NCBI GenBank assembly: GCA_964518475.1
Contig: CAZFGR010000002.1
Coordinates: forward strand, 43,699-107,698
Length of the DNA stretch: 64,000 nucleotides
Source: an uncultured Nitrososphaerota archaeon
GTDB taxonomy: Archaea; Asgardarchaeota; Njordarchaeia; Njordarchaeales; Njordarchaeaceae
Direction of reading: 5' to 3'
Under the pieces are notes generated by a model. The model ran no database searches and was not told the origin of the DNA. It saw only the letters and a list, made by a program, of their open reading frames with translations. Shown here one piece after another: positions 51,486 through 61,660 of the stretch. Each line of letters opens with the position of its first letter. The stretch's first letter is position 1. The position numbers and the translations under genes are program-made.

Positions 51486-52401
51486 ATGGTATTATATAAA
51501 GTCAGCGTTATAATACCAACATATAATAGATATTACTCGCTAGTTAGATCGCTGAAATCTTTGCTAAAATCAAAGATCCCTCCTAACGAGATTATTGTGG
51601 TAGATGATGGGTCATCAGATAAAAGAATAAAGAAAATCCCCGAAAGATTTCCTACTGTAAGACTTATTCGAAACAGACCTCCGTATGGTCCTCAATACGC
51701 TAGAAACCGAGGATTAAAAGTCGCAAAATCCCCACTTATCGCTTTTTAGACGATGATGGTGTAGTGAAAGATGGTTGGTTAGAGTACATTATTCCTCATT
51801 TTTAGAAATAGATCTGTAGGTATTGTGGGAGGTAGAATAATCCCTTGCTGCAAGTCTAGTGATTTAGCCTCTATATTCTCCTTAAGAACATCTTGGTTTG
51901 AGGATGATAATATTAGGTGGTACTCATATAGTAGGGATTCTCCCATAGAGGTTCCATTTGTGTCAGAAAATGGAATGGTTTTTAGGAGAGAGATTATTGA
52001 GAAAATACCGTATCTAGACCCAGGGTTAACTGGTGATGCTTGGGGAGAATCTATCTCATTTTGTATGCGTGCGCGCGAATTAGGCTATAAAATACTTTTT
52101 GAGCCGCGTGCAATAACGTATCATATCCATAGTTGGAGAGGGGAAACGCATAGATTTAGAAAGTATTCTCCACCAGGTCTTCTTCACAAAAATAGCAATA
52201 GAATGTACATTTTTTGAGTACCATAAGAAGAAGTGGCAACTTCCATTCTTTATAGGATATCTCATACTAAACGGCTTGATTAATAGTTTTGTATTTAAGG
52301 ATCCGCGCATCCTAATATATGCTGTCAAGGGCATGATTAAAGGGATTAAACGCTTCATTAAACTTATGAGAAAAATTAGTAAATCACATGTTTTTACTTA
52401 A
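51486..52401 (+). pseudogene. GT2-family glycosyltransferase with three frameshifts
   Basis: SVIIPTYNR, VVDDGSSD, ARNRG, IAF/LDDD broken at T5; further indels at T5 (51799) and T6 (52210). Confidence 0.82.
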
Positions 52402-52503
52402 TTTATAAAATGATAGAGCTTTATTTTGAATCCCTGCGATCGTTCCTATTTTTCCAGTTTAGGAGGAATTATTAAACGCTATTTTTGAGAATGAATAATA
52501 GTG

Positions 52504-54363
52504 TTAGTAATGATCCTTCTCAAAAAACTCTTGTATAAACTCTATTGCTGCTTCTTTGTTAACTATTTTGCAATTTATTCTGAAGAAGTATGGGAGGAGC
52601 GAGGAGTATCTCTTTTCTCCATATCTATAATCAGCAGCTATTAAGAGAGCTCTGTCTTGGGGTGATCTAATAGCTCTTCCAAGAGCTTGTGATGCTCTTC
52701 TTAGGGCTGGGAGGATATATGCGTAGAATCTTCCTTTCTCCTCACCATATAGTTTCGTGTAGTAATCAATGTAGAGTTTTGTTCTGATGGTTAACCTATC
52801 AAAGGGTATCCCGACTAGGATTATGGCTTCCAATGCTTTACCTGGAAGATCGATACCCTCTGAAAACCTTCCTTGCATAGAAGCGCATAAAATGCCAGCC
52901 TCAGAATTCTTGAATTCCTCAAGTATTTTCCTAGCTTCGTCTCCGCTCAGTGTTTCATACTCAATGAAGAGTCTTCTATTCATCTCCCTAGCTATTTTAG
53001 CAACGTAACCCACTAGGTCATTCATGATTCTATAGCTCGCAAAGAATATAGCCATGTTCCTCTGGATATTCTTTACCAAGTCCTCTAATAAGCATCCATA
53101 CTTCTCCTTCATATCATTTGGGAGTTCTTCACCTTTCGTCGTCACGTCCTTGATAATAAGGGATAACACATTCTCTTTTTGTATATCGAATTTATCGGAT
53201 ACGACGTCATAGTTAATTAGCCCAACAATTTCTGCGAAGGCATCATAGGGTTTTAGAGTACCAGACATTAGAACTACGCTATAGAAATCGTGCCAGATCT
53301 CCATTAAGACCTCGGAAGCTCTCATGTCCCATATCTCGAATACTATTCGATCCCTCTCCCTATATTTTAGAAATACAATGCCTTCCTTATCCACGAATTC
53401 CAGTGCGTTCTCTAAGAAATATATTAAATGTCTGAGCGATGATCGTGGGGATTTTCCCTCCCTAAGCTTCATAGTGTATATTTTAGAAATTAGTCTCCGT
53501 GCATGCTCAAAATCCTCATCAGTTAAATCTGCTCGATTAACTATTTCTAATGGATCAAACAGAGCCTCTTCGTCACTAAGTTTCTTAGCTTCCTCTTTTA
53601 GTACTTGTAACAACCTCTTTAACTTCTCCCCTAACTCCACGGACTTCTTATCATGAAATTGCTTAACTTCGTTAATAGCTCTTTCCACAGTACCAATAGT
53701 GATTTGATCAGAGTTTAGTGTTGATAATAAGTGCTGAAGGTTATGGGCCTCATCAACAACCAGAATAGCTCCCTTGAAACGTACGTAGCTCATCAAACTC
53801 CATTTTATTCTCTCAGAGAACACATAATTATAACTCATAGATATTACATCAGCACTTGAGGCCAGAATTAATTGAGCAAAGTAAGGACATATGTGATTTT
53901 TCTCCCCAAGCTCTAGGATCTGGGAGAATAGTAATGGTCGCTGGGGAGAAAGCTTTACCGTTGCTAAATGTGCGTAGTATGGACAGTTTTTACGCATTCT
54001 TCTACATAATACACTGACTCCTTCTTGATCCCTTATTCCCTTACTCCTAGCTAATAAACACATGTCTTTTTTACCACGGATAGAAAGCCCAAAGAAGTTA
54101 AGCCCCAATTTTTCATCTATTATAGCCAGTTCCTCAATCGGCCTATCTGTTTCATTACCGGTCCTTATAACCCATAAGATTGGTACTCCGTACTCTTCGA
54201 CTATTGGGAGACTTGCCGCCAGCACTACTGGTGTCTTACCATATCCAGTAGGAGCATCAAAGAGTATTCTCGATCCACTTTCTATCAATTTATTAAGTTC
54301 TCTGATTACTTTTTCTTGTCTAAATCTCGGCTCGTATGGGAAATACTCCAATGGATCACTCAA
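52504..54363 (-). CDS. xpd: XPD/Rad3-family Fe-S DNA helicase
   Basis: APTGYGKT, four-Cys Fe-S region, DEAH, SGT, SEGID, QALGRAIR. Confidence 0.92.
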   Translation of the reverse strand: MSDPLEYFPYEPRFRQEKVIRELNKLIESGSRILFDAPTGYGKTPVVLAASLPIVEEYGVPILWVIRTGNETDRPIEELAIIDEKLGLNFFGLSIRGKKDMCLLARSKGIRDQEGVSVLCRRMRKNCPYYAHLATVKLSPQRPLLFSQILELGEKNHICPYFAQLILASSADVISMSYNYVFSERIKWSLMSYVRFKGAILVVDEAHNLQHLLSTLNSDQITIGTVERAINEVKQFHDKKSVELGEKLKRLLQVLKEEAKKLSDEEALFDPLEIVNRADLTDEDFEHARRLISKIYTMKLREGKSPRSSLRHLIYFLENALEFVDKEGIVFLKYRERDRIVFEIWDMRASEVLMEIWHDFYSVVLMSGTLKPYDAFAEIVGLINYDVVSDKFDIQKENVLSLIIKDVTTKGEELPNDMKEKYGCLLEDLVKNIQRNMAIFFASYRIMNDLVGYVAKIAREMNRRLFIEYETLSGDEARKILEEFKNSEAGILCASMQGRFSEGIDLPGKALEAIILVGIPFDRLTIRTKLYIDYYTKLYGEEKGRFYAYILPALRRASQALGRAIRSPQDRALLIAADYRYGEKRYSSLLPYFFRINCKIVNKEAAIEFIQEFFEKDHY

Positions 54364-54459
54364 TTACATCCCGCTTAGAGTCCACATAGAACCTTAATAA
54401 TTGAATTTTGGTTTTAAAAGTGAGTATATTAATACTGAATCGTAGGGGGCGTTGCGAAG

Positions 54460-55200
54460 ATGAGAATTCTTTTAGTAGCTGATGCTCATGCAAATATACA
54501 TGCTCTAAGAAATGTTTTTGAGCATGCTAGAGGATACGATTTTGTAATTTTTATCGGCGACAGTGTAGATTACGGTCCCCATCCCTCAGAAGTAATTGAT
54601 TTTCTCAGGGAACACGTGGATATTTGGGTTATGGGTAATCATGATAATGCTGTCGCCTGGAATGTTGATTGCAGTTGCGGAGAAAAACTTCATGCATTAA
54701 GCGTATATACTAGGAAAATGATTTCTCTCAAGAAATTAGATAAGAATCACATTAACTTCTTGCAGAGCCTACCTATTAAGCGTGAAACCGATATAGAGGG
54801 TGTAAAACTCTACATCGTTCACGCCTCTCCTAGAGACCCTCTTTACGGTTATCTTTTCCCACACTTACCAGAAGATAAATTAAAAGAAATGCTAGTAGAG
54901 AAGACACCAACGGGTAGCAAACCAGTAAACTGCGACTATCTAGTCGTCGGTCATACCCACATGCCTATGAATCGTAACGTAGGGCCCCTAACAATAGTTA
55001 ATCCGGGATCGGTTGGTCAGCCGAGGGACGGTGACCCCAGAGCATCTTACGCAATACTAGACACTAAAGAAGATAAGTTTGAAGTCTATAGAGTTAAGTA
55101 TCCCGTAGAGAAAACAATAGCCTATATAAAAGCATTGAATCTTGAGAAAGATTATGAAGAACTCCTTATAAGGATACTAACAACCGGTTCCGTGGAATGA
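54460..55200 (+). CDS. Calcineurin-like metallophosphoesterase (YfcE/MJ0912-like)
   Basis: DAHAN, GDSVDYG, GNHD, GHTH, NPGSVGQPRDG. Confidence 0.92.
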   Translation: MRILLVADAHANIHALRNVFEHARGYDFVIFIGDSVDYGPHPSEVIDFLREHVDIWVMGNHDNAVAWNVDCSCGEKLHALSVYTRKMISLKKLDKNHINFLQSLPIKRETDIEGVKLYIVHASPRDPLYGYLFPHLPEDKLKEMLVEKTPTGSKPVNCDYLVVGHTHMPMNRNVGPLTIVNPGSVGQPRDGDPRASYAILDTKEDKFEVYRVKYPVEKTIAYIKALNLEKDYEELLIRILTTGSVE

Positions 55201-55214
55201 TACTAGGTTTTTCT

Positions 55215-56303
55215 TTATGGTCTATAAATGATGCATCCAGAGTCTTTAGGTATGTCGTATCCTTCGAGCTCTAAAATACGCTTTCTAATCTCCTCTTTTT
55301 TAAGAAAATTTATGAACCTATCCAAGTTTTTCTCTTCGTAACTGTCGATTCTTATGATGAAATCATAGTGCTCCCTACCCAGTGGGATACATTTTAGTCC
55401 ATAGTTCTTAGCCACATAAGTGAGTGTTAATCCATAATCCGCCCTGCCCGAGATTATTGCTTCTGCTACATCAAAATGAGTTCTAGCCTCACTTTCAAAA
55501 CCAGGTATTTTCGCTTTTAACTTGTTTAAATCAATTCCTTTCACTCTAGCTATTTTCGCCAGCAAGTATTCCAGAAAAATCCTTGTCCCAGATCCTACGT
55601 TTCTATTAATTATCCTATACCCCTTCTCTACAGCATCCTCGAGCGAATTTATTGTGATGTCTGGTCTGTAAGCTAGGCAGATCTCCCGGGTATATCCTCT
55701 AACAAGTATTACTTTGTCCTCGATCATATATTTACGAATATAAGGAATATTATACTCCTTAGTCACGGGATCTATTAGATGCACTCCAGCAATATCTGCC
55801 TCATTCAGCATTATAGCTAGGAGACCTGCGCAAGAACCTATCCAGGAAAATTCAACATCTAGCCCCTCGACCTTAGCGAATGTGCTTATAATAAGTTCAG
55901 CTAGGGGATCATGGCTTCCAGCATACAGGATATCTGGGATCCCTACTCTCTCAGAAATAAGCTCTTTAGGGGATATTATTAGACCATACTCTTTAGCTTT
56001 TGAGAAGTAGAGATCGAGAAGAACCCTTCCTTCCTTCGTCAGAAACGATTTTCCACCTCCTTTCCCACCTCGAACCTTCTTGACAATTTCTAGGCCCAGA
56101 ATATTCTCTATCTTCGAAATCCACTCCCAAGCACGAGAGTACGGGATACCCAGCGTCTTAGCCGCAACAAGTATCGAGCCTTTCTCATTTATTAGTTTCA
56201 GAAGCCACGCCCTCTTCTCATCCAGAATCACATTGCCCCGGTACTCAAGTACAAGTTCTACCCTAGGTCGTATCTCTCGAAAAGTTTCCTCAATATTATT
56301 CAT
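55215..56303 (-). CDS. ModE-type wHTH regulator fused to a PBP-like oxyanion-binding domain
   Basis: GSILVAAKTLGIPYSRAW, RGGKGGG; GSHD, INRNVGSGTR, E.YDF; divergent from tupABC. Confidence 0.88.
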   Translation of the reverse strand: MNNIEETFREIRPRVELVLEYRGNVILDEKRAWLLKLINEKGSILVAAKTLGIPYSRAWEWISKIENILGLEIVKKVRGGKGGGKSFLTKEGRVLLDLYFSKAKEYGLIISPKELISERVGIPDILYAGSHDPLAELIISTFAKVEGLDVEFSWIGSCAGLLAIMLNEADIAGVHLIDPVTKEYNIPYIRKYMIEDKVILVRGYTREICLAYRPDITINSLEDAVEKGYRIINRNVGSGTRIFLEYLLAKIARVKGIDLNKLKAKIPGFESEARTHFDVAEAIISGRADYGLTLTYVAKNYGLKCIPLGREHYDFIIRIDSYEEKNLDRFINFLKKEEIRKRILELEGYDIPKDSGCIIYRP

Positions 56304-56402
56304 CGATTCTACAACTCCACTACTGCTTTTGAATACTAAGTAATTTTTTCGAATATTTCTATCTAGATGTTTTTCTCATCTTAATAGATACTTTTCTTAA
56401 TA

Positions 56403-56447
56403 TTTATATACACTTTTTTGTTATCCGTTATCAGATATCGAATAACG
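56403..56447 (+). promoter_or_regulatory. tupA promoter TATA box plus palindromic ModE-like operator
   Basis: TTTATATA at 56403-56410; CGTTAT-N10-ATAACG at 56426-56447 (18/22 self-complementary). Confidence 0.7.
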
Positions 56448-56466
56448 TAATATTTAGGGGGAAAAG

Positions 56467-57369
56467 ATGAGCTTAAAACGGAAAGTTCTTGTTTTAGTTT
56501 GTGTTGTAGGGATTCTTTTCACTGGAGTGATTCTTTACCGTCCTAAGATAAGGTTACTTGTATCTACTACTACGAGTTTATATGCTACGGGTCTTCTAGA
56601 CGAGTTAGGTAGTGCTTTTATGAAGAAGCACCCATACGTCTCAATCCAATTTATAGCTGTTGGGAGTGGCGCGGCTTTGCGACTTGCAGCTCAGGGAGAT
56701 GTTGATATGGTTCTTGTCCATGCTCCTAATCTGGAGATAGAATATATCCAAAATGGAATAATTATTAACAAGACGATATTTGCTTATAATTACTTCATTG
56801 TTGTGGGTCCTATCGATGATCCTGCAAATATAAGTGGTTTATCAGATCCAATAGAGGCAATAAAGCGCATTTATAATGCTTGTGAATCTGGCCTAACCCT
56901 GTTCGTTAGTAGGGGAGATTTATCAGGTACTCATCAGAGAGAGTTATTACTGTGGAAGTTAGCTGGACTTGATCCTCGGGGAAAGCCTTGGTATATAGAG
57001 ACTGGTTCGGGCATGGCGGAAACACTCTTGGTTGCTAATGAGAAGAATGCGTACACACTTTCAGATATAGGTACTTTTCTGAAATTTTCTAAGGATGGGA
57101 AGTTACCTTATCTAGCCTCGCTGGTTGCTGGAGGGAGAATTCTTATAAACATTTACAGCGCCTATATAGTTGATCCCAATAAGTATCCACATGTTAAATA
57201 TGATATAGCCAAGGAATTTTTACTTTTTCTAATCTCTGATGAGGGACAAAACATTATCAAAAATTACGGCGTAAAAGACTATGGTCAGCCACTATTTTAT
57301 CCCGCAAAAGGTAAATTAGAAGAACTTGAAGAATATTGGTTGTGGCTTGCTGACATGTCCACAACGTGA
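56467..57369 (+). CDS. tupA: Tungstate ABC transporter substrate-binding protein
   Basis: STTTSLYATGLL, VGSGAAL, VHAP, SRGDLSGTH, YTLSD. Confidence 0.92.
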   Translation: MSLKRKVLVLVCVVGILFTGVILYRPKIRLLVSTTTSLYATGLLDELGSAFMKKHPYVSIQFIAVGSGAALRLAAQGDVDMVLVHAPNLEIEYIQNGIIINKTIFAYNYFIVVGPIDDPANISGLSDPIEAIKRIYNACESGLTLFVSRGDLSGTHQRELLLWKLAGLDPRGKPWYIETGSGMAETLLVANEKNAYTLSDIGTFLKFSKDGKLPYLASLVAGGRILINIYSAYIVDPNKYPHVKYDIAKEFLLFLISDEGQNIIKNYGVKDYGQPLFYPAKGKLEELEEYWLWLADMSTT

Positions 57370-58016
57370 TCGACATGGTTTCGGAGATAGTCGAGATAAC
57401 TCTGCGGTCTCTAACAATCTCTACTCTGGCTACTCTCTTTTCCTCTTCCTGGTCCGTTTTGATTACTCTTAGGGTAATTAATAGTCACTCCCGACTCACT
57501 AATGTGTTTATGAGTGTCATGAACGCCTTAGTTGGTTTTCCCACAGTTCTTATTGGTTTAACCCTTTACATGATATTCAGTAAATCTGGTCCTCTAGGCT
57601 TTCTTGGCCTCTTATATACTCCTACAGCTATAGTGATAGGAGAAGCAGTACTGATTACGCCTTTAATAATTTCTCTGCTTTATGAAGCATTATCCAGTGC
57701 TAAGCAGACATACTGGGAATTAGCATTATCGCTGGGTGCTGATGAAAGACAGGCATACTATACTATGTTGCGTGAGACTCTCCCAGACCTAGCCGTAACT
57801 ATTCTTATTGCTTTTAGTCGGGCCATAGGTGAATTAGGTGTTGCTCTTATTGTGGGTGGGAATATCAGGGGATATACACGGGTTTTCACGACAGCTATAG
57901 CTCTGGAGATTGCTAAAGGAAATTTTGAAGTTGCTTTGTCTCTTGGATTGATTTTATTAATCATTGTTTCCGGGATAACAGCTGTTGTGAGAATCTTGGG
58001 GGCGAGAAGGACATGA
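57366..58016 (+). CDS. tupB: Tungstate ABC transporter permease
   Basis: PTVLIGL..SKSGPLG, FSRAIGELG, GGNI..TRVFTTAI. Confidence 0.92.
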   Translation: MIDMVSEIVEITLRSLTISTLATLFSSSWSVLITLRVINSHSRLTNVFMSVMNALVGFPTVLIGLTLYMIFSKSGPLGFLGLLYTPTAIVIGEAVLITPLIISLLYEALSSAKQTYWELALSLGADERQAYYTMLRETLPDLAVTILIAFSRAIGELGVALIVGGNIRGYTRVFTTAIALEIAKGNFEVALSLGLILLIIVSGITAVVRILGARRT

Positions 58017-58732
58017 TAAAACTAGTTGGTGTTTCTTATAATTATCCCTCAGATATAAAGGCTCTAGACAATGTGACCCTAGAGATAAGTGAAGGTATTA
58101 CAGTAATTATTGGTCCAAATGGGGCTGGAAAAACTACCTTACTGAAAGTGATGGGCTGCATTCTTAAACCAACACGGGGGAAAGTACTTATTGACGGTGC
58201 TGATTACTGGGCTTTAAGAAATGATAAGAGAGTCAGCATTAGGAGAAAACTCGTATATGTTCATGAGAAACCTATTCTCCTCAGAGGAACTGTTCTCGAT
58301 AACTTAGTTTATCCCTTAGTTCTTAGGGGGGTTCCTAGAAATGTTGCTGAGGAAAAGGCTCTAGAATTGTTAGAGTTCGTAGGTAGGCTTGATTTAGCCC
58401 ATAGACGAAGAAAGGAGTTATCCGCGGGAGAAGCGCAACTAGTTGCTTTCTTAAGAGCCTTAATTGTTGATCCCAGTTATTTACTTCTTGATGAACCAAC
58501 CAACACACTTGATCTAGAGAAGCGGGAGATTGTGGAGAGGACTCTCCGAGAACTTGCTCGAGATGGTAAATCAATTGTCATAGCGACTCATGATAGATTA
58601 CTAGCACTCTCTCTAGCCGAAAGAGTAATAGTTATGAATAATGGGCGAGTCGAAAAAACGATGAGTCGAAAGGAACTTATCGAAGAGTTTAGTATTGATT
58701 TGCACGAATTACTGCAAGGATCTGGGATATAG
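58013..58732 (+). CDS. tupC: Tungstate ABC transporter ATPase
   Basis: GPNGAGKTT, LSAGE, LDEPT, ATHD. Confidence 0.9.
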   Translation: MIKLVGVSYNYPSDIKALDNVTLEISEGITVIIGPNGAGKTTLLKVMGCILKPTRGKVLIDGADYWALRNDKRVSIRRKLVYVHEKPILLRGTVLDNLVYPLVLRGVPRNVAEEKALELLEFVGRLDLAHRRRKELSAGEAQLVAFLRALIVDPSYLLLDEPTNTLDLEKREIVERTLRELARDGKSIVIATHDRLLALSLAERVIVMNNGRVEKTMSRKELIEEFSIDLHELLQGSGI

Positions 58733-58939
58733 TATTGCAAAAAGTCAATAAATTGCCGGGCTTGATCATTTCTTCTTTATAAGAGTGTTATAGATACCGA
58801 ACTCGTAAGCCACATCTATCTATTTTTAAAACATGCGATTTCTATCTATTACCATCGCGGTTCTGAAAAGAGAAAAACCTTATATACTCCTTTATTGCTT
58901 CTTACTTTTTGTTAATTTTTGAAAAAATGGTGAAATACA

Positions 58940-59365
58940 ATGATCGATGAGAAGGACTGGAAAATCATCAAAATATTGCTGAGAAATGGTAGGGCAACAT
59001 ATACTGAAATGGCCAAGGAGCTCAACTTAACAGAGGCTGCTGCTAGGAAACGCGTTAAAAGACTTGAGAATATGGGTATTATAAAGGGTTATCGAGCAAT
59101 TGTTGATTGGCGGAAACTTGGATATAATACCATAAGTTTGACTGGGATAGATACTGAGCCTGAGGCATTATTTGAGGTAGCGAAGATTCTTAAAGAGAAG
59201 GAGTGGGTTATCTCTCTATCACTAACTACGGGAGATCACATGCTTATGGCGGAGATTATAGCGAGGGATAACCAGGAATTAATGAAGATTCTTGAGGAGA
59301 TAGGTAAGATTCCGGGTGTAAAGAAGATTTGCCCGGCGATAATACTTGATGTCTTGAAAGACTGA
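58940..59365 (+). CDS. lrpA: Lrp/AsnC regulator, Thermococcales LrpA-like
   Basis: HTH ARKRVKRLE; TGIDTEPEALFEVA, GDHM, KICPAIIL. Confidence 0.88.
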   Translation: MIDEKDWKIIKILLRNGRATYTEMAKELNLTEAAARKRVKRLENMGIIKGYRAIVDWRKLGYNTISLTGIDTEPEALFEVAKILKEKEWVISLSLTTGDHMLMAEIIARDNQELMKILEEIGKIPGVKKICPAIILDVLKD

Positions 59366-59366
59366 C

Positions 59367-60086
59367 TCACTTTTTAAGCATTAGAATAAAGGCTGTACCC
59401 CATAAGAAATTGCGAAGGATACCTCTCTTGAATCCTGTTCTTAACCCTAGAGAGAGATAGTATGTGGGGTTTCTCATTCTTAGCATACTATCACTAAGCC
59501 CTAGGAGCAGGTTTTTCTTGCTCCTTAAGATCCTAGACATTATTTCTCCAAGAATACGTACATAGGTAGTAAATACTTTCTTTACTAGTCCAGACCCTCC
59601 GTGGGCATCGACTATTATCAAGCACCCATTCTTCTTTAAGCATCTATATGCTTCCCGCAGAAACTCGCGTTTATCGAAAAAATCCCTGAAGGAGAAACTG
59701 CAAAAGATCACGTCAAGAGAATTAGCTTTTATAGGAATTTTCTCAGCCACACCCAAGAGTACTGACAATTTTTCAGCATCCCCATATTGAGATAATAGGT
59801 AAGTGGCTAAGATTGGTGAGGGTTCTAGACAGATTACTAGATCAAAATTTTTCAATAACTTCCTAGTGAGATTTCCCGGCCCAGGTCCTATTTCTAGAAC
59901 TTTTCCTAGCTTAGGCGCGTATCTTAGAGTTATTCTCCTAAGTGTATCAATGGTGAAAAAGGATACTAGATTATTTCCTATTTCATAGAATTTTGCGAGT
60001 CTTTCAAGGCTTTTGATAATGTATTCCCATAGTTCCTTTTCAAGATCTTTAAACATGACGTATCCCGTTGAGAAGTATTTTGGCAT
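59367..60086 (-). CDS. UbiE/MenG-like class I SAM methyltransferase
   Basis: YEIGN, VLEIGPGPG, AEKIP, FSFRD, EAYRCLK. Confidence 0.85.
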   Translation of the reverse strand: MPKYFSTGYVMFKDLEKELWEYIIKSLERLAKFYEIGNNLVSFFTIDTLRRITLRYAPKLGKVLEIGPGPGNLTRKLLKNFDLVICLEPSPILATYLLSQYGDAEKLSVLLGVAEKIPIKANSLDVIFCSFSFRDFFDKREFLREAYRCLKKNGCLIIVDAHGGSGLVKKVFTTYVRILGEIMSRILRSKKNLLLGLSDSMLRMRNPTYYLSLGLRTGFKRGILRNFLWGTAFILMLKK

Positions 60087-60150
60087 ATTATATGTTGCGG
60101 TGAATAAGAATTATATGAAGATTTCCCTCAATAAAGGGGGAGGGGTTAGC

Positions 60151-60657
60151 ATGATTACTCGAAAATTCCTGGCAATTAAGTGTCCTACTTGTGGGGGTGA
60201 TATACAGACCGAGATAGATCTAGCAAACGCTGTTGAGGAGCCTGGTGGGATTTATTCAGTTCCTATAGTCCACACAAGCGACAAGCCTCACATAGTGATA
60301 GTCTACCTTGATAAACAGGGTAGTATTAGAGGAGTAGAGTCTTATGATAAGATAATTGCTATTAATATAGAGAAGTCAGAGAAAATGTCTATGATAATAG
60401 CCGATAAAACCCAAGCTGTGCAGAAAAGAGTGAAAGGAAAAACTATTGTAGAGATTGCTCCAAGACTAAAGGATCTAAAGTATTTAAAAAAGATTAAGGA
60501 TCCAGTCGCGTATCGTATTCTCTCCCTCTGTGATGGGAAAAGAACATTGGAGGATATAAGAAAATTGACTGGTTTCCCACTAGATATTATAATGATTGTC
60601 CTATCTAGTTATGTGTCCAAAAAATGGGTTGAGTATAAGTATGTCATCGCTTTATAG
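60151..60657 (+). CDS. Zn-ribbon (CxxC...H...H) plus C-terminal winged-helix protein
   Basis: CPTC...GIYSVPIVHTSDKPHIVIVYLDKQGSIRGVE; ILSLCDGKRTLEDI; ATG 60151 after GGGGGAGGGG. Confidence 0.8.
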   Translation: MITRKFLAIKCPTCGGDIQTEIDLANAVEEPGGIYSVPIVHTSDKPHIVIVYLDKQGSIRGVESYDKIIAINIEKSEKMSMIIADKTQAVQKRVKGKTIVEIAPRLKDLKYLKKIKDPVAYRILSLCDGKRTLEDIRKLTGFPLDIIMIVLSSYVSKKWVEYKYVIAL

Positions 60658-60660
60658 AGG

Positions 60661-61542
60661 TTAGGATCCTGATCTGTAGCTAATATCCGTTAATATCACT
60701 CCAATACAAATCATTAAAGCCCCAACTATCTTAATAAATGTCAAAGATAAGCCGAAAATTAGAAATTCTAAGCATGCTGAAATGACGACCTCTAGCAAGA
60801 AATAAATTGAAGATGTTACCGCCTCTAAAATCTTTAAGCCGTTAAACCATAAAAGAAAGCCAATTATTGTACATAGGATTGAGGTGTATAATATAGCAAG
60901 CCAACCAGAGAGACCTAGTGGTCTAAATCCTTGAAGAAGTACGAGTGGGAATACAAAAATTGTCGTATATACGAACCATACGGCCATTAGGGAATAGTCG
61001 TCTACCTTAGTCATCGCTATTTTCTTTGTATAGACTATATATAAACCCCAAGAGGCTCCCGAGAGCAAACAAAGAATATCTCCTAGGAAGTACTTTGTTA
61101 GAATCGTGGAGAGAGATAGATTAGTAATTAGCATAAAAGTACCTATCAAAGCTATTAAAACGGCAACGCCTCGGATAAGGTTTAGCTTTTCCTTAAGCAT
61201 AAAGTGAGCGAAAATCGCCACAAAGATAGCGCTAGTATTCACTAATAATGAGGCATTAGTGGCTATTGTGTATTGTTGCCCCAGAAACTGGAAGATATAT
61301 CCCAAAGCATTGAGCAAAGCGGCAAAAATAATTACTTCTTCTCCCAATAACTTCTTTACTTCATACAATCTTCCTGTGGTAATTAAGCCTACCAGCATAA
61401 TCATAGAGGCTATTAGAAAGCGCAGAAATAGGAACTGCATTGCTGGTACAAAAGCTAGACCCCAGCGAATAACAACAAAACTAGTGCCCCAAATAACTGC
61501 CGCTGTCAAAGTATATACTCTAGCAATTAATCTCTTCTCCAC
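60661..61542 (-). CDS. EamA/DMT family transporter
   Basis: IWGTSF, LRF, LKEK; 10 TM helices. Confidence 0.92.
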   Translation of the reverse strand: MEKRLIARVYTLTAAVIWGTSFVVIRWGLAFVPAMQFLFLRFLIASMIMLVGLITTGRLYEVKKLLGEEVIIFAALLNALGYIFQFLGQQYTIATNASLLVNTSAIFVAIFAHFMLKEKLNLIRGVAVLIALIGTFMLITNLSLSTILTKYFLGDILCLLSGASWGLYIVYTKKIAMTKVDDYSLMAVWFVYTTIFVFPLVLLQGFRPLGLSGWLAILYTSILCTIIGFLLWFNGLKILEAVTSSIYFLLEVVISACLEFLIFGLSLTFIKIVGALMICIGVILTDISYRSGS

Positions 61543-61660
61543 ACAGTCTCCTCCGATTAGTAATCCTCCAGAACAAAATGTGGAAATTTAAAAACACTTT
61601 TAAGACTCCTATAAATATCTCAACTCAAAATTTTTGATAAATATCTCTAGGAGATTAAAA

